Shown: positions 1-14,389 of the stretch, piece by piece
How the letters are laid out: every line of letters starts with the position of its first letter
How positions within the stretch are numbered: the first letter of the stretch is position 1
Assembly (NCBI GenBank): GCA_001899775.1
Contig: MKWN01000028.1
Coordinates: 15,612 to 79,611 of the forward strand
Source: Thiobacillus sp. 65-29
GTDB taxonomy: Bacteria; Pseudomonadota; Gammaproteobacteria; Burkholderiales; Thiobacillaceae
Direction: 5' to 3'
DNA: 64,000 nucleotides
Position numbers and translations under genes: made by a program
The notes under the pieces: model-generated
Database searches by the model: none
Told to the model about the DNA's origin: nothing
What the model saw: the letters and a program-made list of their open reading frames with translations, nothing else

Positions 1-508
1 CATCGGCGCGGACGCGTGCGTCCGCGTGCTGCGACAGCTCGCCCAGGCGCGGCAGCAGCGCGCGCAGCGCAGGGCTGCCGGCGAAATCCTCCAGCAGCAC
101 GCCGGCGCCCAGCCGCACATTGAGGCTCGCCTCGACGTTGCCGACGATTGGCAGCACCGCCGCGAGCAGCGCGGGATCGCCCTCGATCGCTGCGCGCGCG
201 TGCTCCAGCCGGCCTTCCTTCAACAGCAGATGGAACCAGTCGGCGAGCCCCGCCTCGCTGTCGGCCTTCGCCGCCCACGCCGCGAGTTCGGCCTTGCCGT
301 GCGCGCCGGCCAGTTCGATACGGCCGATGCGGATCCACGGTACCGAACGCACGCCGAGCGCCTGTCCGACCTCCGGACGCTGTTCAAGATTGACCGCTTC
401 CAGCCGGCCGATCACGCCCTGCTTCACCAGATCGGCGAGTGCGGCGAGCACGGCGGGACAGTGGGGACAATGCGTGGACAGCAGCAGCAGGGCGTCGGGT
501 GCGGACAT
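1..508 (-). CDS. Thioredoxin/glutaredoxin-like CxxC protein with a helical (HEAT-like) C-terminal region; partial, runs off the left edge
   Basis: Not in the ORF track; translated by hand from ATG at 508: MSAPDALLLLSTHCPHCPAVLAALADLVKQGVIGRLEAVNLEQRPEVGQALGVRSVPWIRIG... It has a CPHC motif and SVP (cis-Pro loop), followed by ...LLPRLGELSQHADARVRAD (HEAT-like). No stop before position 1. Confidence 0.75.
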   Translation of the reverse strand, partial: MSAPDALLLLSTHCPHCPAVLAALADLVKQGVIGRLEAVNLEQRPEVGQALGVRSVPWIRIGRIELAGAHGKAELAAWAAKADSEAGLADWFHLLLKEGRLEHARAAIEGDPALLAAVLPIVGNVEASLNVRLGAGVLLEDFAGSPALRALLPRLGELSQHADARVRAD

Positions 509-534
509 GAGGCGAATGAGTAGATAATGAATCG

Positions 535-1173
535 ATGGACTTTATCATTCTCCCCGTCACCCCGTACCAGCAGAACTGCTCGCTGGTATGGGACGCCGCC
601 GGCCGCGCCGCGCTGATCGATCCCGGTGGCGAGCCCGAGCGCCTGCGCGATGAAGTCGCGCGGCGCGGGCTCACCGTGGAAAAGTTGCTGCTCACCCACG
701 GCCATCTCGACCACGTCGGCGCCGCGGCGGTGCTGCGCGACGCGCTCGGCGTGCCCATTGTCGGCCCGCAGCGCGAGGAGGCGTTCTGGCTCGACAGCCT
801 GCCGCAGCAGGCCGAGCTGTTCGGTTTTCCGCCAACGCCGCCGCTCGTTCCCGATCAGTGGCTGGCCGATGGCGATACGGTCGATGTCGGTGCGATCCGC
901 TTCGAGGTGCTGCACTGCCCCGGCCACACCCCCGGGCACGTGGTGTTCTACCAGCGCACGGCGCGCCTCGCCTTCGTCGGCGACGTGCTGTTCAAGGGCT
1001 CGATCGGCCGCACCGACTTTCCACGTGGCGACCACGCGGCGCTGCTACGTGCCATCCGGGAAAAACTCTTCCCGCTGGGTGACGAAGTGCGTTTCGTGCC
1101 GGGCCACGGCGCCATGTCGACCTTCGGCCACGAGCGGCGCGACAATCCCTTCGTCGGCCCTGGCGCCGATTGA
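535..1173 (+). CDS. MBL-fold metallo-hydrolase (YcbL/GloC, glyoxalase II-like)
   Basis: THGHLDH, HCPGHTPGH, GDVLF and PGHG motifs; 212 aa. Confidence 0.9.
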   Translation: MDFIILPVTPYQQNCSLVWDAAGRAALIDPGGEPERLRDEVARRGLTVEKLLLTHGHLDHVGAAAVLRDALGVPIVGPQREEAFWLDSLPQQAELFGFPPTPPLVPDQWLADGDTVDVGAIRFEVLHCPGHTPGHVVFYQRTARLAFVGDVLFKGSIGRTDFPRGDHAALLRAIREKLFPLGDEVRFVPGHGAMSTFGHERRDNPFVGPGAD

Positions 1174-1176
1174 GCT

Positions 1177-2043
1177 TCACGCCGGCGGCGCGATGGCGTC
1201 GACCAGCGCGCTCACCACGTCTGCGGTGCGGTGATCGCGGTCACGGTGCGGGTCGTATTCGACGATCTCCATCGCCACGAAAGCGGGATCGTCGCGCAGG
1301 CGGGTCAGCGCCGTCGCCAGCTCCACGCGCCCGAGTCCGCCGGGTACCGGCAAACCCGTGCCGGGCGCCTCGGCAGGATCGAGTGCGTCGAGGTCGATGC
1401 TGACGCCGAACCCGGCGGTGCCGTGGCGCACGATCGCCAGCGCCTCGTCGAACACCGCCGCGAGCCCGCGCCGGCGCACTTCCGCCATGGCGAACACGCG
1501 CACACCGAGCCGGTGCAGCAGCGCCGCCTCGCCCGCTTCGAAGCTGCGCACGCCGATGAGGCAGACATGCTGCGGATACAGCGTCGGCGCCGGGCCGGTG
1601 AGCGCGGCGTCGCCCTCGCCGAGCAGCGCGGCCAGCGGCATGCCGTGAATCTGTCCGCTCGGCGTGGTGGCAAAGGTATGGCTGTCCATGTGCGCGTCGA
1701 TCCACACGAGGCCGAGCGGCCCGCGCGCCGCCAGCGCGCGGCGCACGCCGTTCCAGGTACCGATCGCGCAGGAGTGGTCACCGCCCACCACCAGCGGAAA
1801 CTTCCCCGCGCGCAGCACGCGCTCGACTTCCCGCGCCAGGCGCACGCCCAGCGCCGCAACCGTATCCAGCGGGCCGTCGCGGCGCGGCGCGCGCAGGATG
1901 GCGTTCCATTCGACCCGTTGCAGCGGGGTGGCGTGCAAGGCGCGGTGGCGGCGCAGCGCCGCCGGGCCCGCCGCGGTACCCGCATCGGGTGCCCCCGCTC
2001 CGCTGGCCGCACCGATGACGACGAGGGTGCGCGCAGTACTCAG
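1177..2043 (-). CDS. rocF: Arginase (ureohydrolase family); start probably CTG at 2043
   Basis: GGDHS, DAHMD, HGMP, SIDLDALDP and EIVEYDP motifs. The N-terminal IGAASGAG...GP segment begins right after the upstream stop. Start position is uncertain. Confidence 0.8.
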   Translation of the reverse strand: MSTARTLVVIGAASGAGAPDAGTAAGPAALRRHRALHATPLQRVEWNAILRAPRRDGPLDTVAALGVRLAREVERVLRAGKFPLVVGGDHSCAIGTWNGVRRALAARGPLGLVWIDAHMDSHTFATTPSGQIHGMPLAALLGEGDAALTGPAPTLYPQHVCLIGVRSFEAGEAALLHRLGVRVFAMAEVRRRGLAAVFDEALAIVRHGTAGFGVSIDLDALDPAEAPGTGLPVPGGLGRVELATALTRLRDDPAFVAMEIVEYDPHRDRDHRTADVVSALVDAIAPPA

Positions 2044-2918
2044 CGCACCTCGCCGGTCAGCCGTTCCAGCGCCCGCATGATCGCCGACGAATCGAGTTCG
2101 CTGTCGCCCGCCCCCATCAGCGCGTTCATCTGCTGTGCGATCAGCGCCGCGCCCGGCAGCGGCGTGGCGGTCTCCTGCGCGTTGTCCATAACGATCGCCA
2201 TATCCTTGTGGTGCAGTTTCACCTTGAAGCCGGGCTTGTAGTTGGCGTCGAGCATGCGCTGGCCGTGCACGTCGAGGATGCGGCTGCCGGCGAAGCCGCC
2301 CATCAGCGCCTCGCGCATCTTCAGCGGATCGACGCCGTTGCGCCGCGCCAGCAGGATGGCCTCGGCGACACCCTCGAAGGTCAGGCCGACGACGATCTGG
2401 TTGCAGCATTTCACCACCTGGCCCGCGCCATGCCCGCCGACGTGAACGACGCTCTTGCCAAGAATCTCGAACAGCGGACGCACCTTCTCGAAGATCGGTA
2501 CCTCGCCGCCCACCATGATCGACAGCGTGCCTTCACGCGCCCCCGTCTCGCCGCCCGACACCGGCGCGTCGAGCATGTGCACGCCGCGTTCGGCGAGTGC
2601 CGCGGCGATGCGCCGCGTGGCCGCCGGCGACACCGTGCTCATGTCGACGATGGTGTGGCCGGGGCGCGCGCCGTGGATGAGACCGCGGCTGCCGAGAATG
2701 ATCTCCTCGACGTCGGTGGTGTCGGAAACGACGGTGAAGGTGACGTCCGTTTCGGCGGCGACCTCCATCGGCGTGCCCTTGCCGAGCGCGCCCATCACCA
2801 GGATGGGCTCGATGCGGTCGAAGCGCCGGCCGTACACGGTCAATTGGTGCCCGGCACGTAGCAGGTTCTCCGCCATGGGGCGGCCCATGATGCCGCTGCC
2901 GATGAATCCGATCTTCAT
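2040..2918 (-). CDS. 2-hydroxy-3-oxopropionate reductase / 3-hydroxyisobutyrate dehydrogenase family NAD(P)-dependent oxidoreductase
   Basis: MKIGFIGSGIMGRPMA Rossmann motif, DAPVSGG, GQVVKCCNQ. Confidence 0.88.
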   Translation of the reverse strand: MKIGFIGSGIMGRPMAENLLRAGHQLTVYGRRFDRIEPILVMGALGKGTPMEVAAETDVTFTVVSDTTDVEEIILGSRGLIHGARPGHTIVDMSTVSPAATRRIAAALAERGVHMLDAPVSGGETGAREGTLSIMVGGEVPIFEKVRPLFEILGKSVVHVGGHGAGQVVKCCNQIVVGLTFEGVAEAILLARRNGVDPLKMREALMGGFAGSRILDVHGQRMLDANYKPGFKVKLHHKDMAIVMDNAQETATPLPGAALIAQQMNALMGAGDSELDSSAIMRALERLTGEVR

Positions 2919-3871
2919 GTCGTGAATCCTTTCAACGCCCATAGCCAGAATGGCAGCGTAAACAATCCGGCAAGCGTTGACCAGCCCATGATGAGGCCGG
3001 CCAGGCGCACGTCGAGACCGAAGCGGTCGGCCAGCGCGATCACCATCACCATGGTCGGCATGGCGGCTTCGAGGATCGCCGCCTCAGCGGGTTCGGACAG
3101 CGGACCGGGCCATGCCAGTGCGAGACCGAGGGCGAACAGCGGCATCAGCGCGAGCTTGATCGCCAGCGCCACCATCACCGCCCTTTGCGGGCGCAGGTCG
3201 TGCCAGGGGATCGTCAAGCCCAGCACGAACAGCATCAACGGGATGGTCGGACTGCCCGCCCAGCGCGCCGCCTCGACCAGCGGTTCGAGCCCGCTGCCGG
3301 ACAGATTCACCGCGATGCCGGCCGCGAAGCCCCATACCGGCGGCAGGCGCAGCCACATCGAAAGGAAGGACGCATGCTCGCTGTGGTTGCCGTAGCGGAA
3401 CGCGATCCACACCCCGAGCGACCACACCAGCGGCGTGGTCGCGAGCATATCGGCAAAGAAGGGATAGCGCGCGCCGGCCTCGCCGAACACCGTGGTGAGG
3501 AAAGGATAGCCGAAGAACAGCACGTTGCCGAAGCCTGCCGTCAGCAGCACCGCACCGCGCGCGGGCGCCGCAAGATCGCGTCCCAGCGGGGTTGCGAACA
3601 ACGCCAGCGCGGCGAGTCCGAGACCGAACAGGGTGGCCGCACCGAGGATCAGCGGCAGCTTCAGCAGATTCAGATCCACCGTGGCGGTTGCGCCGGCGGC
3701 GAAGAACAGCATGGGCGCGAAGAAATTCAGCACCAGGCGGTTGATCTCACCGCGCAGGCCGATGATCGAAATGCCGCTCTGCCAGCGCGGCCAGATGCCG
3801 CCGGCGGCGATCAGCAGCGACAGCGGCAGCAGGGTTTTCAGCAGCAGTTGCTGCGCGAGTTCGGGCGACAT
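2915..3871 (-). CDS. AEC (auxin efflux carrier/malate permease) family transporter
   Basis: About 10 hydrophobic segments, GNVLFFGYP, ILEAAMPT; ATG at 3871; ATGA overlap with the next gene. Confidence 0.85.
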   Translation of the reverse strand: MSPELAQQLLLKTLLPLSLLIAAGGIWPRWQSGISIIGLRGEINRLVLNFFAPMLFFAAGATATVDLNLLKLPLILGAATLFGLGLAALALFATPLGRDLAAPARGAVLLTAGFGNVLFFGYPFLTTVFGEAGARYPFFADMLATTPLVWSLGVWIAFRYGNHSEHASFLSMWLRLPPVWGFAAGIAVNLSGSGLEPLVEAARWAGSPTIPLMLFVLGLTIPWHDLRPQRAVMVALAIKLALMPLFALGLALAWPGPLSEPAEAAILEAAMPTMVMVIALADRFGLDVRLAGLIMGWSTLAGLFTLPFWLWALKGFTT

Positions 3872-4128
3872 GCCGGGATACGCGTGGACGACGGGACGTC
3901 CATCATACCGTCGCGCTACCCGCTGATTCAGCGCCGCTGGGTGGCGTGCGCCCCGCAAACGCTTTGACGCGGAACTCGCCGGGACCCCACACATCGTATT
4001 TGTTGCATTGGGGCGACCGCGTGTCGTCGAGTACGTGCGTGGCGCTGCACGCAAAGCGCAGCCGGGGCGCTCGGTTGGCAAAAAGCAACACCGCGGGCCG
4101 CACGTCATCGCGAGACCCCCAGGCGGCA

Positions 4129-4157
4129 TTGCCGTGTAGGTCACGCTGCAATAGAAT
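4129..4157 (+). promoter_or_regulatory. Putative sigma70 promoter of gltBD
   Basis: TTGCCG-N17-TAGAAT about 75 bp upstream of the gltB ATG. Confidence 0.55.
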
Positions 4158-4232
4158 GGCTCCCCCTTTTTTTCCAATTCTTGTGCGACCTGCCCGACGG
4201 ACCGGCCGCTCTTGCCCGAGCACAACGGAACC

Positions 4233-10165
<5,933 letters not shown>

Positions 10166-10235
10166 AGCCGGCGCGGGCGCCGGCGGGCCCGCCGAATCGC
10201 GGTATGCTGTGCGGTTTCCGTTCCGCACTGTGCGC

Positions 10236-11669
10236 ATGGCTGCCGGCCCCTACTATCCGCGCTCGTTCACCATCCTGGTCATCGTCGCCATGGGCGTGCT
10301 GATCGTGCCGCTCGCCAGTGGCCTCATCAACGTCGTACACGTGCTGCAGGGCGTGGTCGACACGCAGCGCCAGTTCGCCCGCGACAGCCTTGCGGTGACG
10401 CGTGACGTGCGCCAGGTGGGGGAATCGGTGAGCCAGTTGCAGCGCGCTGCGGGTCAGTATCACCTGCTGCGCGACGCCGAATTCGGCGAGGTCCTGGAGC
10501 GCGCCCATGCCACCCTGCACAGCCGCCTGGCGCAACTCGACACACCGCTCGGCGACGCCGCCGCGCGCGCGACACTGGCGCGCCTCGACCGCGCCAGCGC
10601 CGCGCTGTACCACACGGTGCGCCCCGGCGCCTTTCTCGACAGCGCGCGCTTTCATGCGCTGGAACCCGAATTCGCCACGCTGCATGGCGACGCACGCACG
10701 TTGCAGGAACAGGCCGACGCCGCCGTACAGCGCGACCAGCAGGCACTGGAAGCGACGGTGCAGTCCACCCGCCAGCGCCTGATCGGACTCGGCCTCGCGC
10801 TGGTGCCGCTGACGCTCCTGCTGGCGGCGGTGTTCTCCTGGCTCATCAACCGCCCCATCCGCCAGCTCAAGGCGGCGATCCAGCAGCTCGGCCAGGCCAA
10901 TCTCGCACCGCTGCCGGCGATCAGCGGACCGCAGGACATGGTCGAACTGGGGCGCGAAATCGACTGGCTGCGCCAGCGTCTGCAGGCGCTGGAAGCACAG
11001 AAAACACGCTTCCTGCGTCACGTCTCGCACGAACTGAAAACGCCGCTCGCCTCGCTGCGCGAAGGCGTCGCGCTTCTCAACGACGAGCTCGCCGGTCGCC
11101 TCAACGCGCGCCAGCGCGACATCGTCGCCATCATGGACCAGGGCAGCCGCGACCTGCAGCGACGCATCGAGGAACTCATCCGCTACGGCAGCATGGTGCG
11201 CGAACCGGTCCGTCCGGCGACCGCCGAGCAGCCCTTGGCGGACGTGGTGGACGGCGTGCTGGCGCGCCACCGGCTCGCCCTCGACGCGCGCCGCCTCACC
11301 GTCGACACGCAGCTCGACGCCGCCGCCGTGCGCGCGGATCGCGCGCAACTGGAAACCGCGCTGGACAATCTGTTGTCCAACGCGGTCCGCTTCAGCCCCG
11401 AGGGCGGGCGCATCCTGGTGAAGAGCGCGCCACAGGCGGGCACGGTCGCACTGTGGGTGTGCGACATGGGCCCGGGCATTCTTGTCGCCGAGCGCCATCG
11501 CGTGTTCGAGCCGTTTTTCCAGGGAAGCCACCAGCCTGCCAGCGCCGTCGAAGGCAGCGGCCTGGGGCTGTCGATCGTACGCGAAGCACAGCTCGCGGCC
11601 GGTGGCAGCGCCGAAGTCGTCGACTGCGCGCCGTGGTCGACCTGTTTTTGTTTAACCTGGCCCGTATAG
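10236..11669 (+). CDS. glrK: Sensor histidine kinase, GlrK/QseE-like
   Basis: Two TM segments, HAMP, FLRHVSHELKTPLASLREG H-box, NLLSNA, D-GPG and GSGLGL boxes. Confidence 0.8.
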   Translation: MAAGPYYPRSFTILVIVAMGVLIVPLASGLINVVHVLQGVVDTQRQFARDSLAVTRDVRQVGESVSQLQRAAGQYHLLRDAEFGEVLERAHATLHSRLAQLDTPLGDAAARATLARLDRASAALYHTVRPGAFLDSARFHALEPEFATLHGDARTLQEQADAAVQRDQQALEATVQSTRQRLIGLGLALVPLTLLLAAVFSWLINRPIRQLKAAIQQLGQANLAPLPAISGPQDMVELGREIDWLRQRLQALEAQKTRFLRHVSHELKTPLASLREGVALLNDELAGRLNARQRDIVAIMDQGSRDLQRRIEELIRYGSMVREPVRPATAEQPLADVVDGVLARHRLALDARRLTVDTQLDAAAVRADRAQLETALDNLLSNAVRFSPEGGRILVKSAPQAGTVALWVCDMGPGILVAERHRVFEPFFQGSHQPASAVEGSGLGLSIVREAQLAAGGSAEVVDCAPWSTCFCLTWPV

Positions 11670-11680
11670 CCGTTGTCCCG

Positions 11681-12151
11681 ATGAACCTGAAACCCGTCCT
11701 GCTTGCCGCCTGGCTGTCGATACTGGGCGCTTGCGCCCTGCCGCCGGACAAGCCGGTGCTGCCCGCGCTGGAGAGCGGGCTGGGGGTCTCTGCGGTATCC
11801 GCCGAGCTGGCGCGCGTCGCGGCGCTCACCCCCGAGCAGCGTCGGCGCGAACTCGCCGCGCTGGACGCCGAACGCCGTCTCGACGACGCCCGACGCTTCC
11901 AGCAGGCCGCCCTGCTCGAGCGCGAGGACGGCAGCGAGGCCCACGAACGCGCGCTGAAGAGCCTGGCCGCCATCGACGACGCAACCCCTCGCGCACGCGC
12001 GGTGATCGAGCTGATGAAGCGCACGCTGCGCGCGCGTATCGAGCTGCGCCAGCAGAGCGCGCAGGCACAGGTCTTGCAGGAGAAGCTCGATCAGATCAAG
12101 GCACTGGAAAAATCCCTGCAACAGCACAGCACACCGCCCCGTACACCATGA
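11681..12151 (+). CDS. Lipoprotein with coiled-coil C-terminus, QseG-like position between kinase and regulator
   Basis: Lipobox ILGAC; C-terminal LQEKLDQIKALEKSL; sits between the HK and RR genes. Confidence 0.72.
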   Translation: MNLKPVLLAAWLSILGACALPPDKPVLPALESGLGVSAVSAELARVAALTPEQRRRELAALDAERRLDDARRFQQAALLEREDGSEAHERALKSLAAIDDATPRARAVIELMKRTLRARIELRQQSAQAQVLQEKLDQIKALEKSLQQHSTPPRTP

Positions 12152-12170
12152 TCTCCCACCCACCTGCCGC

Positions 12171-13523
12171 ATGAAGAAACCGTCCATCCTGGTCGTCGAC
12201 GACGACGCGGCGCTGCGCGCGCTCATCACCCTGCGCCTGGAGGCGAACGGCTTTCGCGTCGACGCCGTCGACAGTGGCGAGGCGGCGCTCACGCAGCTCG
12301 CGCTCGCCCGTCCTGACGCGGTGCTGACCGACATGCAGATGCAGGGCATGGACGGCATGGCGCTGTTCCGCGCCATCCATGCGCGCGATCCGGCGCTGCC
12401 GGTGATCGTGCTGACCGCGCACGGCACCATTCCCGACGCGGTCGCAGCCACGCAGCAGGGCCTGTTCGGCTACCTCACCAAGCCCTACGACGCGCCCACC
12501 CTCGTCGACCTGCTGCGGCGCGCCACGCGCCTCGCCGGCAGCGCCCCCGACGCGGTCGACGACCAATGGCGCAGCGAGATCGTCACCGCCAGTCCGGCGA
12601 TGGAGACGCTGCTCGCCGAGGCGCGCCTGGCCGCGCAAAGCGGCGCTGCGCTCCTCATCCAGGGCGAGTCGGGTACCGGCAAGGAGCTGCTCGCGCGCGC
12701 CATCCACCGCGCCAGTCCGCGCTACGCGCACCCCTTCGTCGCGATCAACTGCGGCGCGATTCCGGCCGAGCTGCTCGAGTCCGAGCTGTTCGGCCACGTC
12801 AAGGGCGCCTTCACCGGCGCCGGACGCGACCACCCGGGCCTGTTCCAGAGCGCCGACGGCGGCACCGTGTTTCTCGACGAGGTCGGCGACATGCCGCTGC
12901 CGCTCCAGGTCAAGCTGCTGCGCGTGCTGCAGGAAGGCGAGGTGCGTCCGGTCGGCGCTACCGAGGCGCGCAGGGTGGACGTGCGCATCCTCTCCGCCAC
13001 CCACCGCGACCTCGACGAGGCGATCGCCGAAGGCCGCTTCCGCGAAGACCTGTATTACCGTCTCAACGTCGTCAACCTCACGCTGCCGCCGCTGCGCGCG
13101 CGACGCGAGGATATCCCGCTGCTGGCGCAACACTTCCTCGCCACGCTCGCCGCCCGCTACCAGCGGCGCATCCACGGTTTCGCCCCCGACGCCCTCGACA
13201 TGCTCGCCGCGGCGGACTGGCCGGGCAACATCCGTCAACTGCACAACGTGCTGGAGCAATGCGTCGCGCTGTGCCCGACCTCGACCATCCCCGCCGCGCT
13301 GGTGGCGCGCGCGCTGCGCGACAAGCCGGCGGAAATCCAGCCACTCGCCGAAGCGCGCGCCGCCTTCGAGCGCGACTATCTCGTCAGCCTGCTCAAGCTC
13401 ACCCGCGGCCAGGCCAGTGAAGTCGCCCGCCTCGCCGGGCGCAACCGCACCGAGGTCTATCGCCTGCTGCAGCGCCACGGGCTCGACCCCGCGCTGTTCC
13501 GCAGCCGCGACGACGCCGGCTGA
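12171..13523 (+). CDS. glrR: Sigma54-dependent response regulator, GlrR/QseF-like
   Basis: Receiver (VVDDD, LTDMQM), [32 protein letters not shown]-terminal [18 protein letters not shown] typical of GlrR. Confidence 0.85.
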   Translation: MKKPSILVVDDDAALRALITLRLEANGFRVDAVDSGEAALTQLALARPDAVLTDMQMQGMDGMALFRAIHARDPALPVIVLTAHGTIPDAVAATQQGLFGYLTKPYDAPTLVDLLRRATRLAGSAPDAVDDQWRSEIVTASPAMETLLAEARLAAQSGAALLIQGESGTGKELLARAIHRASPRYAHPFVAINCGAIPAELLESELFGHVKGAFTGAGRDHPGLFQSADGGTVFLDEVGDMPLPLQVKLLRVLQEGEVRPVGATEARRVDVRILSATHRDLDEAIAEGRFREDLYYRLNVVNLTLPPLRARREDIPLLAQHFLATLAARYQRRIHGFAPDALDMLAAADWPGNIRQLHNVLEQCVALCPTSTIPAALVARALRDKPAEIQPLAEARAAFERDYLVSLLKLTRGQASEVARLAGRNRTEVYRLLQRHGLDPALFRSRDDAG

Positions 13524-13543
13524 GCGACACCGGCCGGGGTGGC

Positions 13544-13561
13544 TGTCGCCGACGGGCGACA
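13544..13561. promoter_or_regulatory. GlrR-type enhancer box 1 (TGTC-N10-GACA)
   Basis: TGTCgccgacgggcGACA, a perfect match to the known GlrR site consensus. Confidence 0.75.
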
Positions 13562-13575
13562 ATTTGTTTGCGATA

Positions 13576-13588
13576 AACCAATGACTTG
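13576..13588 (+). promoter_or_regulatory. IHF-like site between the enhancer boxes
   Basis: AACCAATGACTTG vs WATCAA-N4-TTR (1 mismatch), in an AT-rich patch. Confidence 0.5.
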
Positions 13589-13605
13589 CACGACGCCGGC
13601 GTATC

Positions 13606-13623
13606 TGTCGCCGGCGCGCGACA
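13606..13623. promoter_or_regulatory. GlrR-type enhancer box 2 (TGTC-N10-GACA)
   Basis: TGTCgccggcgcgcGACA, perfect match. Confidence 0.75.
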
Positions 13624-13676
13624 GAAATCCCCTACAGCCGGCCCCCACACCTGTCACCGCAACGACGGGGCCGCCG

Positions 13677-13689
13677 TAACTTGTTGTTT
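13677..13689 (-). promoter_or_regulatory. IHF-like site between enhancer and promoter
   Basis: Reverse strand AAACAACAAGTTA vs WATCAA-N4-TTR (1 mismatch). Confidence 0.5.
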
Positions 13690-13707
13690 GAATTAAACAA
13701 TACAAAG

Positions 13708-13724
13708 CTGGCACGGTTGTCGCT
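13708..13724 (+). promoter_or_regulatory. Sigma54 (-24/-12) promoter
   Basis: CTGGCACGGTTGTCGCT: TGGCACG with exact GG-N10-GC spacing, 57 bp before an ATG that has an AGGAG RBS. Confidence 0.8.
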
Positions 13725-13781
13725 CCATGCACTCCGGATGCCCACGCATCCGACTTCACTTGTCACAGGAGATACACCGAG

Positions 13782-14069
13782 ATGAAACCCGTTTCCCATC
13801 ACATCCGCAATCTGGCCCTGTTGTACGCGCTGGGCGCGTTTGCCGCCCCGGCAGCGCTTGCCGGTTCGCCCATGGCCGACTTCAAGGCCACCGACGTCAA
13901 CGGTGACGGCCGCATCAGCCTCGAGGAATTCCGGGCCGCCGGCGGGGCCGAGGCGGCCTTCGCGGAAGGCGACGCCAACGGCGACAAGGTGTTGAGCCGC
14001 GAGGAATTCATCCGCGCCGCCCTCGGCAGCGATCGCATGCAGGCCGGCGGCCCGAAGAAAGGTGAATGA
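13782..14069 (+). CDS. Secreted EF-hand calcium-binding protein
   Basis: Sec signal peptide (...AAPAALA); two EF-hand loops DVNGDGRISLEE and DANGDKVLSREE. Confidence 0.85.
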   Translation: MKPVSHHIRNLALLYALGAFAAPAALAGSPMADFKATDVNGDGRISLEEFRAAGGAEAAFAEGDANGDKVLSREEFIRAALGSDRMQAGGPKKGE

Positions 14070-14070
14070 G

Positions 14071-14334
14071 ATGCGCGAAAGGAATGATGCCGATGCGTTC
14101 ACCGCATCGCGGCGCGCCACCCTGGGCACGCTCGCGGTGCTCGCCGGCCTGCTGACGCTTTACGGCTGCGACAACGCCGGGCCCGTCGACCAGGCGGCGG
14201 AACAGGCCGCGCAGCAGGTACAGGACAACGCCGTCGAGCGGGTCGACGGCACGGCAGCCGGGCCGGATCCGGCGGCAAACCAGCCGGAATCGGCTCCAGT
14301 CGGGACGGAGAAGGAGGATCCGCAAAAGCCGTAA
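14071..14334 (+). CDS. Small putative lipoprotein with low-complexity A/Q/P/E-rich tail
   Basis: SRRATLGTLAVLAGLLTLYGC lipobox; start at ATG 14071 or GTG 14062, coupled to the EF-hand gene stop. Confidence 0.65.
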   Translation: MRERNDADAFTASRRATLGTLAVLAGLLTLYGCDNAGPVDQAAEQAAQQVQDNAVERVDGTAAGPDPAANQPESAPVGTEKEDPQKP

Positions 14335-14345
14335 CCGGACGCAGG

Positions 14346-14377
14346 AGGCCGGGCCCCCATCCTCCCCCGGTCTTTTG
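14346..14377 (+). terminator. Probable intrinsic terminator after the EF-hand/lipoprotein operon
   Basis: Stem AGGCCGGG/CCCGGTCT followed by a short T run; between convergent genes. Confidence 0.45.
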
Positions 14378-14389
14378 CGTGCCGTCCGC

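Noticed and set aside
13725-13781. GlmY-like sRNA downstream of the sigma54 promoter
   Set aside because: Only about 45 nt lie between the predicted TSS and an RBS-led ORF, and there is no terminator.
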